Notes: generated by a model from the sequence alone, not told the origin. Shown: positions 10,216 to 20,889, counted from the first letter of the stretch. The stretch is DNA of 64,000 bases from Oculatellaceae cyanobacterium bins.114 (GCA_033764315.1 JANRJA010000137.1:1-64000); one strand, 5' to 3'. Program-made: numbers and translations.

Positions 10216-11271
10216 TTACTCAGATGGATCGCGGTCTAAAATACCTCGCGATAATACGCGTGTTTCCAGGGTTGGCAAGAAGGCTTTATCAGTTGCAATT
10301 CCAGGACGCCCTCTAGCATTTCCACGAATAAAGAGAATCGTATCTTGGTTCACCCCTGGATCCCTATCTCGAATCGTACTGACGCAGGCGTAGAAACTAC
10401 TCCTAGCATTGCCTAAACCTACAGAGTTTAATGCCGTTGTAGTTGGGCTAAGGCTATAGTCTACCGCCGTTGTTGCTGCACTGTTAGGACAGGTGGCACT
10501 GGTGGCTAAGTTAGCAATGCCTGATGCTTGTGCCCCTCTGCCATCATCGACAAAGTCCACAAGAACAGTCGGATTACCCGTCGGGCGTTGAGCTTGGAGG
10601 TTAACAATCGTGTTATTTGCACTTCGTCCAAAGGGCCACCCCCCAAAACCAATAGCGTTTGCAGGAGAAACATAGCCTGCATTTGGAGCACCTGTGCTTT
10701 CATTAAACTCAGTCAAGGCATAACGGGTGATTCTTGCTCTACCTTTCCATAAACTTCCAGTGTTAGCCGTACTCAGGGAGTAAACAACCAATCCATAAGA
10801 ATGAGTTGTCAAGCAGGGAACTGTGGCTAACGCTGGGTTGTTAGCCGCACCACACTGATTGCGTAAAACATCTGGAATTTGGTATTGCCGCCAAAAAGCA
10901 ACGACAGGAACACTTTCTGTACTGAGAGCGGCTGGCAGGTAAGGCGTTAGTCCAGGGCAGAAAGGTGGAGTACTAGACCCCAACGCTCCCTGACCTTGTA
11001 AGCACTCTCCGGTGTAAACGTAGACTGCCTCACGCATTTCATTAGTCATGTAGTCCAACGCTCTTTGAAGCTCTCGCTGAGTCTCATTCCGCGATGCCTC
11101 ACGCTGGTCAGACCCCATCAACTCGATCACCATATACAACAGACCCGTGATGATTCCGGCAGCAATGATGGTGACGATCAACAGTTCTAAAAGAGTAAAC
11201 CCTTGATGGCGATCGCGACGGCTGAGATACCAGAGCCATTTCAATTTAGAGTTGGGAGATGTTTTAGCCAT
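10216..11271 (-). CDS. hpsC: Pseudopilin HpsC-like (PilW-type)
   Basis: G|FTLLELL; DQRE...ELQRALDYMTNEMREAVYVY resembles HpsC; synteny with hpsA. Confidence 0.7.
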   Translation of the reverse strand: MAKTSPNSKLKWLWYLSRRDRHQGFTLLELLIVTIIAAGIITGLLYMVIELMGSDQREASRNETQRELQRALDYMTNEMREAVYVYTGECLQGQGALGSSTPPFCPGLTPYLPAALSTESVPVVAFWRQYQIPDVLRNQCGAANNPALATVPCLTTHSYGLVVYSLSTANTGSLWKGRARITRYALTEFNESTGAPNAGYVSPANAIGFGGWPFGRSANNTIVNLQAQRPTGNPTVLVDFVDDGRGAQASGIANLATSATCPNSAATTAVDYSLSPTTTALNSVGLGNARSSFYACVSTIRDRDPGVNQDTILFIRGNARGRPGIATDKAFLPTLETRVLSRGILDRDPSE

Positions 11272-11316
11272 TACAGTTGACCCTATTCCAGTAATTGAGG
11301 GTAGGTATTACGCGAT

Positions 11317-12075
11317 CTATCGGCAATTGGTTCGTCCTTGATTTCTCTGAATTTGGCAGAGGTTAAAGCTTTGATCACTCCAATTCATGCGAGAGTAGAG
11401 CACGGCCAGAGGACGCCGACGTTGGCTGCCCTGACCTGTGGTCAGTTGTAATGATGCCTGTTGAGTTTCCAGGCCACCCAGATTGCTCTGTGCCAAGAAG
11501 GAATACACTCTCACGCCCACTACAAAATCTGTCCGCCGTTCAAGAGCACTGGGGTTGTTATTTCGGTCTTCGGAAACTGGAAGCGAACCATCTGTCCGAA
11601 ACACTTGCATCAAAAAGTCAAATTGACAATCGCCGTCTACATCGATTCTGAGAGCAGAGGTTGCCGGAACTTGCTCATCGTTGTAAGTATTGCAAGACGG
11701 ATTGACAGACTTTAGCTGACCTGAAAGACCAGCAGGTCCGGCAGGGTTAGTGGTTGTCCCGACTGTAACTGGAAGTCGAGCAGGTGTATTTTGCCCCTGT
11801 GAAACTAAGACTCGCAGGCGATCAATTTCTCCCTGTGCCAGTTGCAACGCTTGTTCAGCACGACGGTTTTGCACTCGGGTGGCAGTGGCAATAAACAGCG
11901 GTGGAGTAATCATAGCGGCTGTCAACATAATGACAGCGATCGCCATCAAACACTCCAATAGGCTCAACCCCTCTTCAGAAGAGGAACGCCCACGTCGTGC
12001 CGCTATTAAGAGACTCAAAAGGCCAAATGATTGTTGTAGATACGAACGACGGACTGCCATGACGTGCTTCCTCAT
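11317..12075 (-). CDS. hpsB: Pseudopilin HpsB-like (PilV-type)
   Basis: G|LSLLECLMAI; ATRVQNRRAEQALQLAQGEIDRLR; directly after hpsA. Confidence 0.7.
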   Translation of the reverse strand: MRKHVMAVRRSYLQQSFGLLSLLIAARRGRSSSEEGLSLLECLMAIAVIMLTAAMITPPLFIATATRVQNRRAEQALQLAQGEIDRLRVLVSQGQNTPARLPVTVGTTTNPAGPAGLSGQLKSVNPSCNTYNDEQVPATSALRIDVDGDCQFDFLMQVFRTDGSLPVSEDRNNNPSALERRTDFVVGVRVYSFLAQSNLGGLETQQASLQLTTGQGSQRRRPLAVLYSRMNWSDQSFNLCQIQRNQGRTNCR

Positions 12076-12149
12076 CGGTTGCCAATTTACTAAGGGTGGG
12101 GTCTACTTCAAACGATTTGAAAGGCGACCCCACAACATTCCATCAACGA

Positions 12150-15100
12150 TTAGAGAGGACAACTTCCACCTGCGGCTAAACAGAGGTTGCGAATGTAAGG
12201 ATCATTTGCAGGCGGCTCAGTATAGAACTCATCCCGGACTGCTTTTGAGGTAACAAAGCGAGAGGCGATTGGACCTGCCGGAGCATACTGTAACCCAACG
12301 TCATATCCCCAACGACGGTTAGGTGCACCGTAATAAGGAATGACCTCTGCTGGTTGAGCAGGTGAGCCTACTTCAAACGAGTCTTGATCAAATGGGGCGG
12401 TGGCGTGGGTACTAAAGTTAAGCTGCAAGAACGAGCCACTAATAAACAGAGATTGTCCACTCCAGCTTTCAATGAATCGCGGGAAGTTGTGCAATCCTCC
12501 ATAAGACTGGAGGGGACGAGAAGGCACCAGACCACTGATGATAATGGCGTTAATCCGAGTATCTGCCAGCCCTGGCATCAGAGGCTTACTACTTGCCACT
12601 GTGTAGAAACCTTGAGCGTAATCTGAAGCCGTAGTTGGGCCCGTCATCTGCATCGGGTTGTTATCGCGGGTAAAGACAATGGGTGAGGTTCCCTCACTCC
12701 GAGCAGGAATGGAGGGGTCAACGCTCATACTGTCAGCAATATTCGTCCGCAACCAGCGCACACCCGTCGTGGTTGCGGCAGGGTTAGAACTAGGACGATC
12801 TTGGTTGAGATAAGACGTCCGAGAGTGAGACGACGTACAGCCGTAATCAGCCATCTGTTGCGGTGTCAAGTTGGGGCCAGCATTTCCTGCTGTGAGCACT
12901 CCATCCTCAATGCTGCCATCACAGAAATTATCTGAAATGATGGTAATCGCGTCTGCCAAAATTTCGGCGGGTCGCCAATCATCACTCGCTGGGCGTGAGA
13001 AGGAACCGTCTAAATTGGTGCGACCGTAGAAGTTACTAAAGTCATCGGCTAAGAGTTGAGTAAACTCCTCTAGGCGATTACCACCTGGGGTTTGGTGCAG
13101 GTTAAAGCTGCCCTGGATATAAACCGGATTGTCAGAGATCAGGGATAGACCTCGACCTTGATCCCCTGTGCGACCCAATCGGGTGCCCCTGCGAACCCGG
13201 AAACCATTGGGACGGCGATCGGGATCAGCATAGTAGTCTACCGGCTTGGGGCTGATCGCATTATCGGTACTGATGGGTGGATCGGTTGAAGCGTTTGCTC
13301 TCGGTGTCCCCGTGTTCATTCGGCAGGAAGCATTGGTTTGTAGCGTCGTGTTATTTCGACAGGTTGACCAAGCCCCAGTTGTAGGTCTGATGACTTCGAC
13401 TTCTGATGTCGCATCTTCCCGGAAGGCGTAAATAATGCCAGAGCGGGGCAACCAAAAGTCACCGTTGTAAGCCACCCGCCGCATCAGGTCGAGGTTCATG
13501 TCGAGCGTCCGAACACTCATCAACTCTCGTTGGTTATATAGTGCAGAGTCTTTAAAGGGAATCCGCACAAAGGCTGCACTGGTGCCCTGATAGGCAACAG
13601 GTCTAGCGGCTTGAGCCGAGCCAGAAGTATTGCGGAGACAAGGCGTCGTACAGATTTTGATTAAGGTATCGCGGTTGTTGGTTGGGTTGTCAAACGTGCT
13701 AGCAACCACTTCATTGGCTAACACCCAAGACCCTCTCTGACGCGGCAAAATCCGGGCAAATTCTGGGTCAACGATTCTATAAAGAGACCCTGAATTGGTT
13801 AGCGTGATATAGGTGTCAGTACTATCTTCAGAGTCACGGCTAACTTCAATCTCTTCGGGATGGGCTTCAAAAGCCGCGTAGTTTGGAGTGAAATCAGTGA
13901 CTGGGTTGTCTGTTGCTAAAGGAACTAGATCATCCTTAGCTGGAAACAGGGAGTAAAGGATGGGATAACGAGGACGAGCCGAACAGAGTAATTGAAACGG
14001 TTCTTGGGCATAGGTACGTGCGGGAGTAGAACCACCACCGGGCAAGGGCACTCCACCGAAATAACTCAAACAACGCCCTAAGGGAGCCTTACCATAGGCA
14101 GGTGCGGTTGCTGAACTTCCTGATCCATAGAACCCATAGAGGCGATCGCGGGCAACTTGTTCCTTAGTAATCAACAACTGCGCCAGATAAATCTGAGCAT
14201 TCATCTCATCAATTTTGTTGAAGGGTTTGGCGTTTTGCACCATCCAATCCCGCCATTGCTCCAAAAAGCGAACATACACTTCTGGGTTATCAATCAGGGT
14301 TCGATCAGAATAGCCGATGTTAGTAATGTCGTTTTTGATGCCTGTAAAAAAGGCGGCTGGGGGATCATTGCTGGAATCGTATTGAACCCCATCTCTGAGT
14401 TGCCGGAGCTTGCCCCGCAAACCTTTGTAGTAGTTTGCAAGATTAGCTATAGGAGCATCGGCGATTCCCAGTAATTCAACCGAAACCCCTGATGCTGGGT
14501 CAAGCGGGTCAAAGTTCTCAAGATAGTCGATGTTGTATGCCAACATCCCCATTGTGCAACCCGCTGTGTGCAGCACCGTCTTATCAGCTGGACTAAGACC
14601 GTCGTAGCCATTCGCTTGCACTAACTGCAACACTCGCCGCAACATCGAGAAATCTCCCCACATCGACATGGATGGATAGGGGTGGACATTTCGATCTTGC
14701 ACGGGAGTAAAGGAAGGAGCACCTCCCTGAGGGTCACCTGCGAAGGTTGCCAGGTTCTGCAATGCCAACATGAGTGGGCTAGATGGGTTGCGGAATGCAC
14801 TTTCAACAGGTGGTGCAAACTCCCAACCATTGGTGCCACGACCTCGGAAGAAGTCATGTTGAATGGGGACTCCTGCATATCCTGGAATCTGGTAGGCAGG
14901 AACAGCCTGACCTGGATAGATGAGATTTTCAAACGTTGCACTCGCTGCCAGGGTCGTTGAAGTCCCCGGATGAGTCGTCAACGCCAGACAAGCAACCGGA
15001 AAATCGCGAGTGTCAACCCCTGATGCTGAATGATAGATGGCGGCTGACTGAACGGCTGCCAGGTTGTCCCACAGGGTGCGCCGTTGACGAGCTTCATTAC

Positions 15101-16853
15101 AGATACCCGCATTGTTTGCCGTACACCGTTGCCACGGACGCAAGGGTTCTCGTGCTAACGAAGTAGTCTGGCGAAAACCACCCCATCCCATTGGGTCGCC
15201 TAACTCTAATCGTTGTCCAACAATTACCCGCATGCCTTCGCGACGAGCGCGGCGTTCCCAATATCCATCCAAACCAATGCTGGTGTCATCTTGACCCGGT
15301 TGAGGATCGTTCCCAATTAATTCTGGATCTCCAGCAATTTCTTCCCCAATTCGACCGGGGATTGGATCTCCCTTATAGCGAGGCTTAGGACCATAGCGGT
15401 TGTCAGCTCGATAAGAGTCATCTACATAGGGGGCAGGTTGTTGGCGGTTAATCAATCGTTCTTTTTTGACAAAATCCCGATCATCCCAGGCTGCCTCACG
15501 GTTTGCAGCCGGATCAGCAATATTTCTGGCAACAGAGACATCCTCAGTTTGTAGGCGTACAGGGTCTAGTGCATAATCTGCTGGAAGACCGCTATTGACG
15601 ACGGAATCAGTAGTAGAGCGAAAATCTACGGGGGCACCCGTCCGAATCGGGTTACGACCTAACCCATCAAACAGGTGAAAGGAAACAGGTTCATTAACAA
15701 ATTGATTGTTTTTGATATTACCGCTTAGAAATTGTCCTTGAAACGCAGGAATTTCATTGGCGGGGTCTGCTGAAATGTTGGTAACAGTGATTTCAGAGGC
15801 ATCTTTGGTATAGAGACAAGATGTCGGGGCACTGATCATGAATCCTGTAAAGCCGCTACTTGCACTGGCAACCAAGTTGCCTTCGGTGTGCATTGCACCG
15901 TTCCAGTTAAAGACGGGACCAGGAAAGATCTCTAGGTCATTGCGGAACCAGGCTCCCCACTTGTTTCCCCGGGTAACCTGACGGTCTTGATGAAACTCTA
16001 GAGTAGATGCCGTTCCGTTAGCGTTATCGGGCAACACAAAGGCGTTGACCTGGAAGTTTTTCCGCAATAAGGAGGTGTTGGAGTTATCGCGGAACCATCC
16101 TTGCTCAACGGGGGGTGCTGCTTGGTTGCTTTGCAACTGGCAGGCTGCGTTTGCCTGACCTGAGTTGCTCAAGGGACCATGTCGCACCATTAGGTTATTG
16201 GCGCGGGCTAGGATGTCAGCATCGCTTGCCCTTTCAATTTCTGCCAGGGTTGGTGGAGTGCGAAACACAATGGAATAGACGACTGTCGAATCGACGGTGC
16301 CATCACCATTGGTATCCGTGCGAAAACGCCAAGCATTATCGATGGTTGCATCGCCATTAGCACTGATGCGTTGTTCGTCTAAGAATGTGTAAGGGTCGTA
16401 GCCATCGGGTTGATATACTGGAACGACAACGTTTCCAGGTTGCACGGTGCGTCCGTCGTTATACAGCATTCCCAGCAACTGCCCTTCGCTGGGAACACCG
16501 CCTGGGAAGCGAGTATCCTTCTGAGCATCAAAGAGATATTCCAACTTTGACTTGGCTCGGTCGATCGCTGGAGTCGCCGCATTATAAATTACTTGTTGTT
16601 GCCGATCACCAACAGCCTGAACACTGCGGGTGTAGGTGCGGTAGCCAATAGAGCCTACGGTTAAGGTCAGGACTAACAGCAACAGAACAGTCGTCGGGAG
16701 TACGAAGCCTGACTTGGCGAGGAGTGGTTGTCTGCCAATGACCAGGAGATTGCGTAACAGCCAAAGGACGACCCCTTTGCTGAGAGATTTTGAGGTTTTG
16801 TTGATTTGCTGAATAAGCTCTTGGACGGCTCTAGTTAGCTTGCGGGTTGACAT
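12150..16853 (-). CDS. hpsA: Hormogonium polysaccharide/type IV pilus protein HpsA
   Basis: 1567 aa; PilX-like G|FVLPTT without E5, ATPAIDRAKSKL, NKWGAWFRNDLEIFPG, YGGLHNFPRFIE, RRWGYDVGL. Confidence 0.9.
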   Translation of the reverse strand: MSTRKLTRAVQELIQQINKTSKSLSKGVVLWLLRNLLVIGRQPLLAKSGFVLPTTVLLLLVLTLTVGSIGYRTYTRSVQAVGDRQQQVIYNAATPAIDRAKSKLEYLFDAQKDTRFPGGVPSEGQLLGMLYNDGRTVQPGNVVVPVYQPDGYDPYTFLDEQRISANGDATIDNAWRFRTDTNGDGTVDSTVVYSIVFRTPPTLAEIERASDADILARANNLMVRHGPLSNSGQANAACQLQSNQAAPPVEQGWFRDNSNTSLLRKNFQVNAFVLPDNANGTASTLEFHQDRQVTRGNKWGAWFRNDLEIFPGPVFNWNGAMHTEGNLVASASSGFTGFMISAPTSCLYTKDASEITVTNISADPANEIPAFQGQFLSGNIKNNQFVNEPVSFHLFDGLGRNPIRTGAPVDFRSTTDSVVNSGLPADYALDPVRLQTEDVSVARNIADPAANREAAWDDRDFVKKERLINRQQPAPYVDDSYRADNRYGPKPRYKGDPIPGRIGEEIAGDPELIGNDPQPGQDDTSIGLDGYWERRARREGMRVIVGQRLELGDPMGWGGFRQTTSLAREPLRPWQRCTANNAGICNEARQRRTLWDNLAAVQSAAIYHSASGVDTRDFPVACLALTTHPGTSTTLAASATFENLIYPGQAVPAYQIPGYAGVPIQHDFFRGRGTNGWEFAPPVESAFRNPSSPLMLALQNLATFAGDPQGGAPSFTPVQDRNVHPYPSMSMWGDFSMLRRVLQLVQANGYDGLSPADKTVLHTAGCTMGMLAYNIDYLENFDPLDPASGVSVELLGIADAPIANLANYYKGLRGKLRQLRDGVQYDSSNDPPAAFFTGIKNDITNIGYSDRTLIDNPEVYVRFLEQWRDWMVQNAKPFNKIDEMNAQIYLAQLLITKEQVARDRLYGFYGSGSSATAPAYGKAPLGRCLSYFGGVPLPGGGSTPARTYAQEPFQLLCSARPRYPILYSLFPAKDDLVPLATDNPVTDFTPNYAAFEAHPEEIEVSRDSEDSTDTYITLTNSGSLYRIVDPEFARILPRQRGSWVLANEVVASTFDNPTNNRDTLIKICTTPCLRNTSGSAQAARPVAYQGTSAAFVRIPFKDSALYNQRELMSVRTLDMNLDLMRRVAYNGDFWLPRSGIIYAFREDATSEVEVIRPTTGAWSTCRNNTTLQTNASCRMNTGTPRANASTDPPISTDNAISPKPVDYYADPDRRPNGFRVRRGTRLGRTGDQGRGLSLISDNPVYIQGSFNLHQTPGGNRLEEFTQLLADDFSNFYGRTNLDGSFSRPASDDWRPAEILADAITIISDNFCDGSIEDGVLTAGNAGPNLTPQQMADYGCTSSHSRTSYLNQDRPSSNPAATTTGVRWLRTNIADSMSVDPSIPARSEGTSPIVFTRDNNPMQMTGPTTASDYAQGFYTVASSKPLMPGLADTRINAIIISGLVPSRPLQSYGGLHNFPRFIESWSGQSLFISGSFLQLNFSTHATAPFDQDSFEVGSPAQPAEVIPYYGAPNRRWGYDVGLQYAPAGPIASRFVTSKAVRDEFYTEPPANDPYIRNLCLAAGGSCPL

Positions 16854-17712
16854 AGCTGCCTTCCTATCAAAGTGGGAGTTCTGTGAGGTGAAACGCTAAA
16901 GTTTGAAAAAAGTTTGGGATCTTGGAAAACTTAACAAGGAGGACGATAAAAAGAATATTTTGTTCGGAAAATTTACCGATATTGAACTGGAGAGTTCATC
17001 TAAGCTTTGTACATGGATGAAACGTGTTCTTAATTGTCTTAACAACTCAGCGATCGCACATCAACGGGGAAATTACGATTATCTATTAAAAGCCAACCTC
17101 CGTGAAATTGAGCAGGGTGGCTTTTGCTCATCAAAGATTATTCAATTGAAGCAGGTTAAAAGGGTATCGCCCAAGAACATCTTAATGATCTACACATTTA
17201 TCAAAGGATATTCCTGTCTGCTGAGCTAACTTTGCAGTTACTACAGCAAACTCCAGGTTGTTAGGATAAAACAGTAGATTCACTAGATGCGCCTCCGATG
17301 GGACAGCGTTTTGCACACCACATCATTAACCTTAACTGCATCATAGTCTCAAATTATTAAGAATCTATGATGAAGCATCGAGGCTAGGCTACCCATCCAA
17401 GCTGAAAAAACGATCAGGGAACAAATAATTCATTCATTTTTCTCAAGAGAGTATAAAGAATTTAGCTAGGCAATTCATTTGCTCTAGGAAAATTCCACAC
17501 TAAGTTACTATCTACTCTCCTGTCGAGGAGAGGGCAGAGCCACTCAATCCTGCTTAAAACTACTGAAAAAATTTTATCTTAATCCTTCAGAGAGATTTAA
17601 AAGAGAAGGTGTGTAGTCGTTATATCTTCATCAATTTGTGAAGCGGCTATGACGATCATGGTTGAAAGACGAGTTATGCCAATTTTTACCTTGACTTGCT
17701 TTTGCCAAAACA

Positions 17713-17743
17713 AATCCCCAGAATTGCAATCACTCTGGGGATC
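17713..17743 (-). terminator. Hairpin downstream of rpmB
   Basis: ATCCCCAGA...TCTGGGGAT inverted repeat followed by a T-rich tract on the minus strand. Confidence 0.55.
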
Positions 17744-17831
17744 TTTAATTAGTGTATTGAACCACTTGTTGATAGTCGCTATAAGCAGCTAAAGACCCTG
17801 ATCTTTGACAGGATATGGAGCGATCGCCCTA

Positions 17832-18068
17832 CTAAAACTTGCTTAGATCAATTCCGGCTTCTTTTGCCATTGTTGCAAGACCTTTGTGTTCCAGGGTCTT
17901 AATGGCTTTGGTAGACAACCGGAGCTTAACCCAACGCTTACCCTGTGGCCACCAAACCCGCTTTTCTTGCAGATTGGCTTCTTGAAGCTTTTTGTTACGA
18001 CGGTGAGAGTGAGAGACGGCGTAGGCATTGTTAGCCTTTTTGCCTGTTAATTGGCACTTACGACTCAT
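17832..18068 (-). CDS. rpmB: 50S ribosomal protein L28
   Basis: [34 protein letters not shown]. Confidence 0.98.
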   Translation of the reverse strand: MSRKCQLTGKKANNAYAVSHSHRRNKKLQEANLQEKRVWWPQGKRWVKLRLSTKAIKTLEHKGLATMAKEAGIDLSKF

Positions 18069-18253
18069 AGCGGTTTCACTGATAGCGGTTTCACTTAGGT
18101 GGAATAAGCAAGGCCTCTTATTATAGAACGTTTTGAGAGGAAGTGAAATTAATATGACTCACTTTTGTAAGGGTGTGGCATTGGGCAACTATTTTCATGA
18201 TTTGTCTCAGGTTTATTGCCCCAATGCCGCACCTCTAAGTTTCTTGGCGATGA

Positions 18254-20248
18254 CTAGCTGGTTGTGAGGCGGGTCAAGACCTGATTTGATCGCTCCACAA
18301 ACGCCTTCATACTCTCAGCATCAAACCCCTTTTGCGCCATTAGGGCTAGATCATAGACGTGCTGACAGATCAGCGTTGAGAGTTCACTCGACGGAGATTG
18401 TCCTTGGGGTTGCACAATGCTGCCCTGGTTGAGATTGAGCAGGTTTTGAATCAGCGGATGAGCGGTATTAACCACCAGAGTGTGTTCTTCGGGAAACTCA
18501 ACGGATTGTTGAGTCAGCAGAGCATTCATCTCTCGCATTCTTCTCAGCACCTCTGGCAACAACACCATTGCTGGGGGTGCACTCTCGCCCTCAGCTTTGA
18601 GAGCCTCGGTGCGAATGATCAGTTTTGGCTTATTGAGAGCCTGTTGAAATAGATCTTTGACTAGCTCACTGCGAGTCTTGTTGGTTGTAGGATCAACAAT
18701 TTCACTAGCCTGGTCTTTGTTGATCAGATTTTCATCTAAATCTGCGTCAACTCGTAAGAATTTAACATCTGAGTATTCTCGCTCTAAGAAGCTAACAAAG
18801 TGACTGTCGATGAAGGAATCCATAAACAGCACCTCTAGCCCCTGACTTTTATGCAGATCTACATAAGTTGCTTGAGAGGTTTCATCAGTGCAGTAAAAGA
18901 CTCGGTTTTCATGGCGAGTCTTATTTCGTTCTAAATATTCTTTTAGCGTCGTATAAGTTTTGCCATCCACCACGTTAGAGGGAGAAGGGGTGGCTATATC
19001 TTGCCAGGCATCTCCTTCTGCCGATTGCACCTGAACGGCAGGAGCATCTGTAGCATGGCTTGAGGCTGTATCACCCGATCCCTGCCAAGTGGTGCGATAG
19101 ATTAAGATGTCTTCGACCTGTTTCTTAAATTTGTCGTCGTTCATTGAGCCGAACTTGACAAAGTTACCCAGGTCTTGCCAGCCTTTGACGTACGTTTCAC
19201 GATCGTCTCGATATAACTCTTTGAGGCGATCGCCCACTTTTTTGGCGATGTAGTCTGCAATGCGTCGCACAGTGCGATCGTTTTGCAAAAAGCTGCGAGA
19301 TACGTTGAGTGGAATGTCAGAGCTGTCAATCACACCCCGTAGCGGCATCAAAAATCGCGGGATGACCTCTTCGCAATTGTCACTAACAAAGACCTGATTG
19401 CAAAACAGCTTGATTTGGCCTTTGGTGACATCGACATCCGGCTTTAATTTGGGGAAGTAGAGAATCCCATTGACAACAAAGGGATAGTCAGTATTGAGGT
19501 GTACCCACAACAAGGGGTCTTCTTGGAAGGGATGGAGATAGCGGTAGAACTCCAAATACTCCTCTTTTGAGAGAGAATTAGGTGACTCTTTCCACAACGC
19601 TTTTTGTTGGTTGATCTGCTCTCCCTCTAGCTTGATGGGGAAGGGCATAAAGTCACAATATTTTTTCACCAACTGCTTAATGCGGTATGGCTCTAAATAT
19701 TCTAATTCCTCTTCTTGTAGGGTCAGAGTAATGGTTGTACCTTGGGCGGTGCGATCAGAATCGGTTAACTCAAATTGAGTTGAGCCATCACATGACCAGT
19801 GAACTGCTTGTGCGCCTTCTCGGTAAGAGCGTGTATCAATATCAACCTTGGACGCTACCATAAAGGACGAGTAAAACCCTAAGCCAAAGTGACCAATAAT
19901 CTGTTGGTCATTGGCGTTTTGATATTTTTGGACAAATTCTTCAGCACTAGAGAAAGCAACCTGGTTGATATACTGCTTGACTTCATCAGCAGTCATACCA
20001 ATCCCTGTGTCTGAGATTGCCAATGTTTTCTGCTCTTTGTCGATCGCAATAGTGATTTCTGGTTCACCAATATCACCGGAATATTCGCCAGAACGAGCTA
20101 CCATTCTGAGTTTTTGAATGGCATCTACAGCGTTTGAGATTAGCTCTCTCAAGAAGATCTCGTGATCTGAATAGAGCCATTTCTTGATGATCGGGAAAAT
20201 ATTCTCGGTATGAATCGTAATATTGCCCTGTTCCAAAATGGTCGTCAT
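18254..20248 (-). CDS. htpG: Chaperone HtpG (Hsp90)
   Basis: FLRELISNAVDA, DTGIGMT, IGHFGLGFYSSF, LNVSRSFLQ. Confidence 0.98.
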   Translation of the reverse strand: MTTILEQGNITIHTENIFPIIKKWLYSDHEIFLRELISNAVDAIQKLRMVARSGEYSGDIGEPEITIAIDKEQKTLAISDTGIGMTADEVKQYINQVAFSSAEEFVQKYQNANDQQIIGHFGLGFYSSFMVASKVDIDTRSYREGAQAVHWSCDGSTQFELTDSDRTAQGTTITLTLQEEELEYLEPYRIKQLVKKYCDFMPFPIKLEGEQINQQKALWKESPNSLSKEEYLEFYRYLHPFQEDPLLWVHLNTDYPFVVNGILYFPKLKPDVDVTKGQIKLFCNQVFVSDNCEEVIPRFLMPLRGVIDSSDIPLNVSRSFLQNDRTVRRIADYIAKKVGDRLKELYRDDRETYVKGWQDLGNFVKFGSMNDDKFKKQVEDILIYRTTWQGSGDTASSHATDAPAVQVQSAEGDAWQDIATPSPSNVVDGKTYTTLKEYLERNKTRHENRVFYCTDETSQATYVDLHKSQGLEVLFMDSFIDSHFVSFLEREYSDVKFLRVDADLDENLINKDQASEIVDPTTNKTRSELVKDLFQQALNKPKLIIRTEALKAEGESAPPAMVLLPEVLRRMREMNALLTQQSVEFPEEHTLVVNTAHPLIQNLLNLNQGSIVQPQGQSPSSELSTLICQHVYDLALMAQKGFDAESMKAFVERSNQVLTRLTTS

Positions 20249-20407
20249 GGTTTTTTCGTTGAAGCGACTAGGGGTTGTAATGCTCTTATGTTTGGATTTT
20301 AAGCCGATCTCTGAGCGATCGCTTTTATTGTACCGAGTGAAAATGCCTCACCCGCGAGATCGGATTTCCCTACTCTGATTTTTGGCTGTCGGTTTTGACG
20401 TGTCATC

Positions 20408-20605
20408 TTAGTCGTCTGGAAACTGCCAGCACGCGATATATTCAATGGTTGTGCTGCCACAGGTGCAAGCCACTTGAGTTGAGGCAACCCATTCGCGATC
20501 GCACTGGCGACAGTGACAGAAGATGTTGTGGCGATCGGCTTCGGCTAGAGCAAGTTGCCACTCGTGCAGTTCTTGTGGGGTGAATAGGGAGTCTGATTCT
20601 GACAT
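20408..20605 (-). CDS. Small Cys-rich hypothetical protein (zinc-ribbon-like)
   Basis: CHCRQC...CTCGS...CWQFPDD; start set at MSESD. Confidence 0.7.
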   Translation of the reverse strand: MSESDSLFTPQELHEWQLALAEADRHNIFCHCRQCDREWVASTQVACTCGSTTIEYIACWQFPDD

Positions 20606-20668
20606 AGGGCGAGCATGAGATGAGGAAAAGCGAGTCAAGGATCAACGGTCAAGGGTCAATCTTTGTAA

Positions 20669-20827
20669 GGGTGCATCTAGTAGTTGAGGGATTGAAACCG
20701 GTGAATGAATTCACGGCTATTGGAACGAAGTCCGCCTACGCGGACTGGGGATTTTGAACGTGCGGAGGCCGATTTGTTCTGGTAGGTGCGGTTTCAACCG
20801 CCACTCCCCCGACCGCCAGATGCACCC
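20669..20827. mobile_element. MITE/REP-like element, family A, with 10-bp TIR
   Basis: GGGTGCATCT...AGATGCACCC termini, three internal hairpins, related copies at 28174-28290 and 58377-58509. Confidence 0.75.
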
Positions 20828-20889
20828 GTGTAGGTGCCGCTGATCAATCACCTTGAGGTTTTTTGATTTCGATGATGGAGATTGGAAAT

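Noticed and set aside
16903..17229. 108-aa ORF upstream of hpsA
   Set aside because: TTG start, no recognisable motif, AT-rich regulatory-type DNA
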